From a virus (Duplodnaviria; Caudoviricetes), in the IMG/VR virus record IMGVR_UViG_3300048574_000253, positions 1-24,393 of that record: 24,393 bases of DNA; one strand, written 5' to 3'. Position 1 is the stretch's first letter. The number at the start of each line of letters is the position of its first letter. Shown here in pieces: positions 1-7,322 of this stretch. The notes under the pieces are model-generated. The model saw nothing but the letters and a program-made list of their open reading frames with translations. It made no database searches and had not been told where the DNA came from. Made by a program: the position numbers and the translations under genes.

Positions 1-111
1 ATCCTCATCCTTGTCGGTCACCTCTATGACAACCGCGGCGGCTCCAACCAGGGCGGCCCTCCTGCCGTCCTGGACGTGCTGATCCGTCCCTATCGCCGCG
101 TGACCGTCTGA
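1..111 (+). CDS. Head-tail connector protein (HK97 gp6-like), 3' end only
   Basis: Frame 1 reads ILILVGHLYDNRGGSNQGGPPAVLDVLIRPYRRVTV*. The HLYDNR...LIRPYR pattern is typical of gp6 C-termini. TGA overlaps the next ATG (TGATG). Confidence 0.8.
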   Translation: MLILVGHLYDNRGGSNQGGPPAVLDVLIRPYRRVTV

Positions 112-476
112 TGCCCGACATCATCGGTCTCCTCTCCTCCCGCGTCTCGTTCCACCGGGCCTATGAGGCCGAGGGGGCGATGGGCCGCAAGGTGGGGGTG
201 AGGATCTGCATCGACGAACGCTGGGCCTCGGTCCGGCCGGATCGCGGCACCACGGCGCTGGAGGGCCAGGTGCCGGTGGACCGCTGCGACCTCATCGTCA
301 CCCTGCGCACCGGCGGCATCGTCGATCAGCTGACGATCGAGGACCGCCTCGTCCATCCGGCCCGCTCCGGCGACTGGTACCGCATCACGTCGATCGAGCC
401 GGCCAACCGGCAGACCGGCCGCCGCACGCTCTACTGCGTCCGCGAGGCGCGGCCCTCGCCCGCCGACGACGCCTGA
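111..476 (+). CDS. Head closure / head-tail adaptor protein (SPP1 gp16-like)
   Basis: 121 aa; RVSF..., RWASVRP, DRLV...YRITSI pattern; position directly after the gp6-like gene. Confidence 0.7.
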   Translation: MPDIIGLLSSRVSFHRAYEAEGAMGRKVGVRICIDERWASVRPDRGTTALEGQVPVDRCDLIVTLRTGGIVDQLTIEDRLVHPARSGDWYRITSIEPANRQTGRRTLYCVREARPSPADDA

Positions 477-519
477 TCCCTTTCATCCGTTCCCGCTTCT
501 CAACCACCAGGAGGCCGCC

Positions 520-1026
520 ATGGGCGCGCAGCTCGACATCGCCGTGCAGATTCTCGGCAGCTACACCGGTTCCAACGACATCGCCGCCGTCACCGCGGCC
601 TTCTCCAAGCGCAAGGCGCTGGGCTTCACCTCCGGCACGGGCGCCGGCCAGGCCGACAAGGTCTTCTCCGACACCCGGTCGATCCCCGCCTCGTCCAACG
701 ACGACATCGACCTCGCCGGCTCGCTCGTCGATCCGCTCGGCGCGGCGCTCACCTTCGCCGGCATCAAGGCGATCTACATCGAGGCCGATGCCGCCAACGT
801 CAACGAGGTCGTCGTCGGCGGTCACGACACCGCGGCCTTCCTCGGTCCCTTTGCGGACGCCACCGACAAGGTGAAGCTGAAGCCGGGCGAGGTGCTGCTG
901 GTCACCAATCGCACCGCCGCCGGCTGGCCCGTCACCGCCACCACGGCCGACATCCTGCGCATCGCCAATGGCGGCTCGGGCTCGGCCGTCGGCTATTCCA
1001 TCATCCTGGTCGGCGACAGCGCGTAA
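520..1026 (+). CDS. Hypothetical virion structural protein
   Basis: 168 aa, Gly/Ala/Thr-rich and beta-like; strong RBS AGGAGG; high GC3 coding bias; lies inside the neck gene cluster. Confidence 0.7.
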   Translation: MGAQLDIAVQILGSYTGSNDIAAVTAAFSKRKALGFTSGTGAGQADKVFSDTRSIPASSNDDIDLAGSLVDPLGAALTFAGIKAIYIEADAANVNEVVVGGHDTAAFLGPFADATDKVKLKPGEVLLVTNRTAAGWPVTATTADILRIANGGSGSAVGYSIILVGDSA

Positions 1027-1481
1027 TGGCGATCGCCGGCCTCGCGGCCCGGGCCCTTCTCTTCGCGGCCCCCAACATCCCGGCGGCCACGGCCGCCGCC
1101 GGGGTGCTGGGTGTCATCGAGACGCTCACCGGCCTGAAGAAGGTCTGGTCCAGCATCGTCACCCTGGTCGGTGGCGGCGACGAGCGTCTGGCGAAGGAGA
1201 TCGTCGCCCTGCAGCGCGAGCGCGGGCCCGACGACACCTTCACCCTCGAGCGCGGCACCGACTGGCGGCGCGAGGGCGACGAGATCGTCATCACCGCCTC
1301 GGCCGTCCGCCGGCTCACCTCGGGCGACAGCGACGACTACGCCTGGTTCGTCGAGCGCGGCACCGACGACACCGAGGCGCAGCCCTTCTTCTGGGGTTCG
1401 GCGGCGGAGCGGTTCGCCGCCTGGGGGCGCGACATGGACCAGATCCTCGATACGGCCGCCGCCGAATTCAACGCAGGGTGA
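1026..1481 (+). CDS. HK97 gp10-like tail completion/neck protein
   Basis: YAWFVERGT...AQPFFW motif matches the gp10 family pattern; TAATG coupling with the upstream gene. Confidence 0.75.
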   Translation: MAIAGLAARALLFAAPNIPAATAAAGVLGVIETLTGLKKVWSSIVTLVGGGDERLAKEIVALQRERGPDDTFTLERGTDWRREGDEIVITASAVRRLTSGDSDDYAWFVERGTDDTEAQPFFWGSAAERFAAWGRDMDQILDTAAAEFNAG

Positions 1482-1484
1482 TCC

Positions 1485-1688
1485 ATGCGCTACCGCGTCA
1501 CCGAGAACCGCGTCATGACCGGCTACGAGCTGAAGGCCTCCTTCCTCTATGATGCCGGGCAGATCGTCGACGACACGGTGGATCCGCCCGATCATGTCGA
1601 GCGGCTTCTCGCCGCCGGCGTGCTCGAGCCGATCGCCGAGGATCCGCCGCCGCCTGCTCCCGCCCGCCGCGGGAGGGCCGCATCATGA
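1485..1688 (+). CDS. Small phage hypothetical protein
   Basis: 67 aa filling the gap between neck genes; ATGA overlap with the next gene. Confidence 0.65.
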   Translation: MRYRVTENRVMTGYELKASFLYDAGQIVDDTVDPPDHVERLLAAGVLEPIAEDPPPPAPARRGRAAS

Positions 1689-2098
1689 GCCTGTCGCCGG
1701 AAGAGGCGGTGGGCGCCGCCGTCGCCGCCCTGGTCAGGCCGGCGCTCGCCCCTCTCGCCTTCTATGACTACGTGCCGGCGGATGGCGAGCTGCGCCTGCC
1801 TCTCGCCGCCCTCGGCGTCGTCGGCTCGCAGCGCCAGCACGGCAACCGCTGCGGCAAGGTCTGGCAGGTGTCTTTCCGCCTGCACCTCATGTCCAAGGCC
1901 TCCGGCCGCGAGGATGCCTGGCGCTGGCTGCAGAAGCTGCGCGATGCCCTCGATGGCCAGACCCTCGCGCTGGCCGACCCGTATGCCTCCGAGACCCGCC
2001 TCAGGGAGCAGCGCGCCGGCGATGCCGCCGACCGCCTCCAGGCTTTCAACCACGCCTTCATCCAGTTCGAGCTGACGGTCTCCCGCCCGCTCGCGTGA
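1685..2098 (+). CDS. Tail terminator protein (DUF3168-like)
   Basis: 137 aa; FYDYVP, LHLMS, LRDALDG pattern; located immediately before the tail tube gene. Confidence 0.75.
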   Translation: MSLSPEEAVGAAVAALVRPALAPLAFYDYVPADGELRLPLAALGVVGSQRQHGNRCGKVWQVSFRLHLMSKASGREDAWRWLQKLRDALDGQTLALADPYASETRLREQRAGDAADRLQAFNHAFIQFELTVSRPLA

Positions 2099-2142
2099 CC
2101 TGCCGCCACATCACCCTTGCCAGCGCCTGACGGAGGATCCCC

Positions 2143-2598
2143 ATGGCCACCAATACCCTTCTCGAAACCGAGCTCGACCAGCTCTTCCTGTCGGACGGCA
2201 CGGAAGGCGCCGGCCGCTTCAAGTTCATGTGCTATGTCGAGAACTTCGAGGCGCAGGACCAGCGCAACTTCACCGAGCGCATGGTCCGCGACTGCGACGA
2301 CCCGGCCGCCAAGCCGGTGCGCAAGTCGACACCCGGTGCCTATTCCGGTTCCTACAGCCTCACCGGCCATGTCGCCCGCGCCAACGCCATGTATCGTGCG
2401 CTGAAGGATGCCGTGAAGAATGGCACCCGCATCGAGATGCAGCACAAGTGGGACCTGTCCGGTGCCAATGGCGGCGGCGCCGACGTCTTCTACGCCTACG
2501 TCGAGAACCATACGGAATCGGCGCCGAACGAAGGCACCGTCACCTTCACCGCCACGGTGCGTGTCGATGGCGCCAAGGCCTTCACGGCCGCCGCCTGA
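2143..2598 (+). CDS. Major tail tube protein
   Basis: 151 aa; RBS GGAGG; DCDDP motif and C-terminal VTFTATV..DG typical of alphaproteobacterial siphovirus/GTA tail tubes. Confidence 0.8.
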   Translation: MATNTLLETELDQLFLSDGTEGAGRFKFMCYVENFEAQDQRNFTERMVRDCDDPAAKPVRKSTPGAYSGSYSLTGHVARANAMYRALKDAVKNGTRIEMQHKWDLSGANGGGADVFYAYVENHTESAPNEGTVTFTATVRVDGAKAFTAAA

Positions 2599-3026
2599 TG
2601 ACATCAACACGCATCACCCGGCCGTTCGCTGGCCGGGAGCGCGCCTTCGACGTCGCGCCGCTCGGCATCATCGAGCGGCTCGAACGGGCCTGCGGCGCCG
2701 GCATGGGCGAGATTCTCGGCCGGCTCCAGGGCCGGGGCTTCAACCCCATCACCGGCATGCCGGACCCCGTGTTCCGCCATGCCGATATCCGTGAGACGAT
2801 CCGGCTGGGCCTCATCGGCGGCGGCGCCACCGATGCCGAGGCCACCGAGTGGGTGATGGAGGCGATCGACGGCCGACCCATCCTCGAGCACCTCGGCCTC
2901 GCCGTGGCGATCATGAGCGCCTACGCCTTCGGAGTGGATGACGCGCTAAAAAAATCCGAAGGCCCGGCGGCAAGGCGCCATCGCGCCGCGAAGCCGTCGG
3001 GCCCGGAGACATCACCTGGGCTCTGA
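2598..3026 (+). CDS. Tail assembly chaperone (GTA gp10-like, gpG analogue)
   Basis: Start ATG 2598 (TGATG coupling); LERACG and DIRETIRLGLIGGG motifs; lies between tail tube and tape measure genes. Confidence 0.85.
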   Translation: MTSTRITRPFAGRERAFDVAPLGIIERLERACGAGMGEILGRLQGRGFNPITGMPDPVFRHADIRETIRLGLIGGGATDAEATEWVMEAIDGRPILEHLGLAVAIMSAYAFGVDDALKKSEGPAARRHRAAKPSGPETSPGL

Positions 3027-3208
3027 CTTCCGGCATGTTCATGGGCCTTGCACCGTCCGAGGTGCGAAGCCTCACCCTGCCGCAGTTCCTCAAAATGCAG
3101 GACGCCTATGCCCGCGCCCATGCCGCACCCGGCAAGGGCGGCGCGCCGCCTGCACCGCCGCCGCCCCCTGCCGACATCGCCCGCCTCCTGAAGGCGAGGG
3201 GGGAATGA
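2948..3208 (+). CDS. -1 frameshift extension of the tail chaperone (gpT analogue)
   Basis: Slippery A AAA AAA at 2948-2954. The -1 frame is open to TGA 3206-3208 and encodes ...MGLAPSEVRSLTLPQF..., a chaperone C-terminal-type motif. A hairpin follows at 2961-3003. Confidence 0.8.
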   Translation, partial: KKIRRPGGKAPSRREAVGPGDITWALTSGMFMGLAPSEVRSLTLPQFLKMQDAYARAHAAPGKGGAPPAPPPPPADIARLLKARGE

Positions 3209-3225
3209 TCTCGTGGCCCGTCCCT

Positions 3226-3244
3226 CCCGCGCAAGCCGAGGGCG
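3226..3244 (+). repeat. 19-nt repeat copy 1 (CCCGCGCAAGCCGAGGGCG), core of a hairpin spanning 3216-3252
   Basis: Identical to 6845-6863; enclosed by GCCCGTC/GACGGGC. Confidence 0.75.
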
Positions 3245-3290
3245 TGACGGGCTCCCGGCCCTCCGCTGACACTCCGTTCTGACAGGTCCC

Positions 3291-5570
3291 ATGGCCCAGC
3301 CCATCGTCCTGCGCTTCAAGTCCGACACCGAGTCCGCCCGCAGGGCGGTGGTGGCGCTCGGCACCACGGTCGCCACCTCCATGGCCTCCGTCTCGGCCGC
3401 GGCGATCGCGGCGCACCAGTCCAGCAACCTGTCGATCGGCGGCATCGCGCTCACCGCCCTGAAGGCCGCCGCCTCGCTCACCGCCATGCAATATGCGGCG
3501 GTGGCGGCCTTCGCCGCCTTCACGGCCGCGGCGGCGGCGGGTGCTGTGGAACTGGAGAAGTTCCAGAAGCTCGCCGAGAAGGCGGCGGCCTCCAACCTCG
3601 GCACCACCTTCTTCCAGGCCTTCGTCGACGGCGCCCGTCAGCTGCGCCTCGAGACGAAGCAGCTGGAGAGCGATCTCGCCGCGTTGGAAAAGGCGACGCG
3701 GGACAAGTTCGATGCCGACCGCGCCAGCGGCGTCTCCAACCGCGCCGGCGACCTCCTGCAGGCGCGCTTCCGCGGCACCAACGACTTCGGCCTCTCGGAC
3801 TCGCCCACCCTCTTCGCCAATGCCCAGAACGCCGAGGAGCGCATCCGCGCCGTCCTCGTCGCGCTGCGCGACATGGAAGGCGCCGGGCAGCGCCTGGCGG
3901 CGATCGACCTCGCCCGCCAGATCGGCCTCGACAATCTCGCCGAGCGGGTCGAGCAGGGCCGCACCTCCTTCTCCGGCTTCCTCGCCGAGGTCGAGAAGAC
4001 GGCCGCCACCGGCCTGCGCGACGGCTCGCTCGTCTCGCCGGAGCTCATCGCCCGCGCCGACGAGTTGAAGCGCCGCTGGGAGGCTAATACCGAAGAGCTG
4101 TCGAAGAACCTCCGGCCGATCCTCGACGAGTGCGCCCGCCTGGCCCTTGCCATCGGCAATGGCGCGGCCTGGACGGCCGAGCAGTTCACCAACGTCGTCG
4201 GCGTCGTCGGCGAGGCCGTGCGCCTCATGCGCCAGCTCGCCAGCCTCGTTCCCGGCACCACGGCCGGCGCCATCGCCGCCACCGATGCCCAGACCATCAC
4301 TGTGCTCGAAACCCGCCTGCGCGACGCGGGACTTTCGCCGTTGCAGCGCCGCGGCCTCGAACAGCAGCTGCGCGATGCGCAGGGGCGCGTCGCCCGTCGC
4401 GAGGCCTCCGACGTACCGGAGGCTCCGGTCAACTTCGGCTATGGCGGCACGCCGCCGCCGGCGACGTCCTTCAACGCCCCGGTTCCCAACGCCCGTCCGG
4501 CCTCGGCCGGTACAGGATCTGCGGCCAGCTCCGGTGGCTCCTCTGCGGAGAAGACCGATGAATGGGCCACGGCCTATGAGCGGCTCATCAACGCCATGGA
4601 GAAATCCAACGAGGTGCTGAAGGCCGAGCTGGCGACGATCGGCAAGTCGACGGTCGAGAAGGAGAAGGCCCTCGCCATCGCCAAGGCCGAGGCCGAGGCC
4701 CGCCGCACCGGCGGCACGCTCACCGACGAGCAGCGCCAGAAGATTCTCGCCCTCGCCGAGGCGCAGGGGCGGCTGAAGGACGCCATCAAGGCGGCCGAGG
4801 CGGCGCAGAAGGCTTACAACGACGCGGTCCAGTTCGCCGGCACGCTCACCTCCGGCTTCCTCTCCGACATCATCTCCGGCGGCAAGAATGCCCAGGAGGC
4901 GGTTATGAACCTGGTCAAGAAGCTTGCCGATGCGCTGCTCATGGCGGCGCTGCTCGGGCAGGGGCCTCTCACCGGCATTCTGGGCCTCGCGCCGGCGGCC
5001 GGAAGCGGGTCCACCGTCGGCGGCCTCTTCGGCATACTGGGCGGCGGCATGGGCGCTGCCGGCATGGCGGGCGGCGGTATGGCTGGCGGCGGGATGTTCG
5101 GGATGCTCGGCGGCCTCTTCGGCATGGGTAGTGCCGCGGCGCCGGCAACCCTCTCGCCCTTCATGTTCTTCCATGCAGGCGGCGTGCTCGGAACCCACGG
5201 TGCGCCTGGCTCCGTCCCGGCTGGCGTCTTCGCTGGGGCTCCGCGCTTCCATGGCGGCGGCGGACTGCGTCCGGACGAGCTGCCGATCATCGGTCAGATC
5301 GGTGAGGAGATGCTCACCCGCAACCAGCGCAGCGCCGTCGCGCAGTCGCTCGCCATGGGCGATGCCGCCATGCAGGCCCTGCAGGCGCGCTCCAGGGGCG
5401 TCACCATGGCCAACACCTATCACTTCAACAACGTCACGGCGGCCGACCGCGCGACGATCATCGCCGAGGTCGAGCGCCGCGATGCGGAGGTGGCCGGCCG
5501 CATCGTCCCGACCGTCCAGGATGCCGATCGCCACGGCATCGAGGTCATGCCCTATTCGAAGGGAATGTGA
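3291..5570 (+). CDS. Tail tape measure protein
   Basis: 759 aa, Ala-rich and helical; C-terminal FHAGG...APRFHGGG.LRPDELPII..GEEML motif of lambda-like TMPs; synteny. Confidence 0.92.
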   Translation: MAQPIVLRFKSDTESARRAVVALGTTVATSMASVSAAAIAAHQSSNLSIGGIALTALKAAASLTAMQYAAVAAFAAFTAAAAAGAVELEKFQKLAEKAAASNLGTTFFQAFVDGARQLRLETKQLESDLAALEKATRDKFDADRASGVSNRAGDLLQARFRGTNDFGLSDSPTLFANAQNAEERIRAVLVALRDMEGAGQRLAAIDLARQIGLDNLAERVEQGRTSFSGFLAEVEKTAATGLRDGSLVSPELIARADELKRRWEANTEELSKNLRPILDECARLALAIGNGAAWTAEQFTNVVGVVGEAVRLMRQLASLVPGTTAGAIAATDAQTITVLETRLRDAGLSPLQRRGLEQQLRDAQGRVARREASDVPEAPVNFGYGGTPPPATSFNAPVPNARPASAGTGSAASSGGSSAEKTDEWATAYERLINAMEKSNEVLKAELATIGKSTVEKEKALAIAKAEAEARRTGGTLTDEQRQKILALAEAQGRLKDAIKAAEAAQKAYNDAVQFAGTLTSGFLSDIISGGKNAQEAVMNLVKKLADALLMAALLGQGPLTGILGLAPAAGSGSTVGGLFGILGGGMGAAGMAGGGMAGGGMFGMLGGLFGMGSAAAPATLSPFMFFHAGGVLGTHGAPGSVPAGVFAGAPRFHGGGGLRPDELPIIGQIGEEMLTRNQRSAVAQSLAMGDAAMQALQARSRGVTMANTYHFNNVTAADRATIIAEVERRDAEVAGRIVPTVQDADRHGIEVMPYSKGM

Positions 5571-6238
5571 TGGCCCACGTCACGCTCCAGGCCGATGTCG
5601 ACGGCCTTCCGGTCCTGCCGCTCGCCCTCTATGACGAGGCCCTCATGGAGGTGCCGAATGTCGGCGAGTTCTCGGCCAGCGACGACGGCGCCGGCGTCGA
5701 GGCCGAGCTGGTGGATCCGCGCTGGACGCTCTCCGTCCGCGTCTCCGGCCTCGACTATGACGACTACATGGTGCTGAAGGGCTGGGTGCAGCGGGTGCGC
5801 ACCCTGCACGCCGGCCGCTTCCTCGGCTTCGATCCGCGCACCCGGCGCCCGCGCGCCTATGACCAGGCGACCGTCACGCCGCCATCGCCCACGCTCTCGG
5901 CCGCCCTGCCGCAGGATCCGCCGCGGCTGGTGCCGCTCGCCGGCATCGGCCCGGGCTACCAGCTCTCGGCGGGCGATCGCCTCGGTATCGTCACCACCTC
6001 CGGCGTGCGCACGGTCCACGAGATCGTCGCCGACGTGACGGCGGATACCGGCGGCGCCGCCACCGTATCGGTCATTCCGCGCGTCCTGCTCGCCACCGCC
6101 TCCGGCGTCTCCGTCTCGCTCGACCGCCCGCTGCAGCTCTTCCACCTGCGCCCCGGCTCGTTCGAGCACGTCCTCTCCATTCACGGCGAGATCGCCTTCA
6201 AGGCGGTCTCGATCAACCGGGTCCTCGTGGAGATCTGA
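5570..6238 (+). CDS. Putative distal tail protein
   Basis: First gene after the TMP, TGATG coupling (alternative GTG at 5567); GFDP...P..Y and GYQLSAGD patterns seen in such tail genes. Confidence 0.65.
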   Translation: MAHVTLQADVDGLPVLPLALYDEALMEVPNVGEFSASDDGAGVEAELVDPRWTLSVRVSGLDYDDYMVLKGWVQRVRTLHAGRFLGFDPRTRRPRAYDQATVTPPSPTLSAALPQDPPRLVPLAGIGPGYQLSAGDRLGIVTTSGVRTVHEIVADVTADTGGAATVSVIPRVLLATASGVSVSLDRPLQLFHLRPGSFEHVLSIHGEIAFKAVSINRVLVEI

Positions 6239-6822
6239 TGGCCAGGGGCCTCTCCACCGACGTCCTTAATGCCCTGCGCGGCGAACGCGTCGGCGAGCGC
6301 TGGATGCTGCGCTTCGACTTCGACGAAGCCGATGGCGGTCCCGTCGGCTTCTGGTCGGGCTCCGTCGACACCACGTTCGAGGGATTGACCTATCGTCCCG
6401 GCGGTGTGCTCGAGCTCGACGTCGTCAGCTATTCGCAGGGCCTCGCCCAGCAGCTCTCGGTGGGGATCCGCACCCTGGCCGACCGCGCCATTCCCGACGC
6501 GGCCGACACCTTCGCCCGCATCGAGACGATCGCCTATATCGGCCGCCCCGTGACGCTCTACTTCGCGCTGCTCGATGCCGAGGGGAGGGTGGTGGACGTG
6601 ACGCCGGAATGGTCCGGCAAGTGCGGCCCGGTCGAGCACGAGCGCGACACCGCCAAGGGCGAAGTCTCCGCCGTCATGACGCTGGAGAGCGATTCCTTCG
6701 ACCACGGCCGCAAGGAAACCTCCACCTTCTCGCCGGCCCTGTTCCGCTCGGCCAATCCCGGTGACGCCTTCTTCGACAGCGTCGCGGTCACCAAGTCGAT
6801 CAAGATCAAGGTAGGAAGATGA
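6238..6822 (+). CDS. Putative tail hub / minor tail protein
   Basis: 194 aa; GFWSG....F.G.TY and C-terminal PGDAFFD motif; position between the Dit-like and NlpC/P60-like genes. Confidence 0.65.
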   Translation: MARGLSTDVLNALRGERVGERWMLRFDFDEADGGPVGFWSGSVDTTFEGLTYRPGGVLELDVVSYSQGLAQQLSVGIRTLADRAIPDAADTFARIETIAYIGRPVTLYFALLDAEGRVVDVTPEWSGKCGPVEHERDTAKGEVSAVMTLESDSFDHGRKETSTFSPALFRSANPGDAFFDSVAVTKSIKIKVGR

Positions 6823-7319
6823 GTTCCCTCGTGGACGCATCGCGCCCGCGCAAGCCGAGGGCGCGATCGCGTCGGCAGCCGAACGGTGTCGCCAAGCCTT
6901 CTCTGCTGCGAGCCCCGCCGCGCAAGCGCGTCTGGCTTCCGGCCTTCCGGGAGGAGATGGCCCGCCTCCGGTCGCTTCAGCCGGGCTGGGGCCGGCTCGA
7001 CTGCGTCACCCTCTGTCGCGACATGGTGGTGGCGCTCACCGCCGCCGACGCCAGCGCCTGGCCCTCCGGCTGGACCGATGAGGCCTCGGCCCGCCGCGTC
7101 ATGGCGCGGCACGGCTTCGCCGATGTCGGCGCGGTGCTCGCCGCCGTGCTCGAGGAGATCCCGCCGGCCTTCGCCCGCCAGGGCGATGTCGGCACGGTCG
7201 CGGGGCCGGATGGCCCTGCCGGGTGCATCGTCATCGGCGAGACCCTCGCCATTGTCCGCGCCGATGGCCTGTCGGTCACCGCGCCGCGGCACCTGTTGAC
7301 CCGGGCCTTCCGCGTCTGA
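6819..7319 (+). CDS. Tail-associated NlpC/P60-like protein (DUF6950-like) with Arg-rich N-terminal extension
   Basis: WGRLDC motif and ARQGDV; ATGA overlap with the upstream gene; precedes the tail tip gene. Confidence 0.75.
   Translation: MSSLVDASRPRKPRARSRRQPNGVAKPSLLRAPPRKRVWLPAFREEMARLRSLQPGWGRLDCVTLCRDMVVALTAADASAWPSGWTDEASARRVMARHGFADVGAVLAAVLEEIPPAFARQGDVGTVAGPDGPAGCIVIGETLAIVRADGLSVTAPRHLLTRAFRV
6845..6863 (+). repeat. 19-nt repeat copy 2, core of a hairpin spanning about 6834-6873
   Basis: Identical to 3226-3244; enclosed by GACGC-ATCGCG / CGCGAT-C-GCGTC. Confidence 0.75.
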
Positions 7320-7322
7320 TCC

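Noticed and set aside
2229-2597. Upstream extension of the chaperone ORF in the track
   Set aside because: Overlaps the tail tube gene; the coupled ATG at 2598 is the better start.
3090-5534. 814-aa minus-strand ORF
   Set aside because: Antisense shadow of the tape measure gene.
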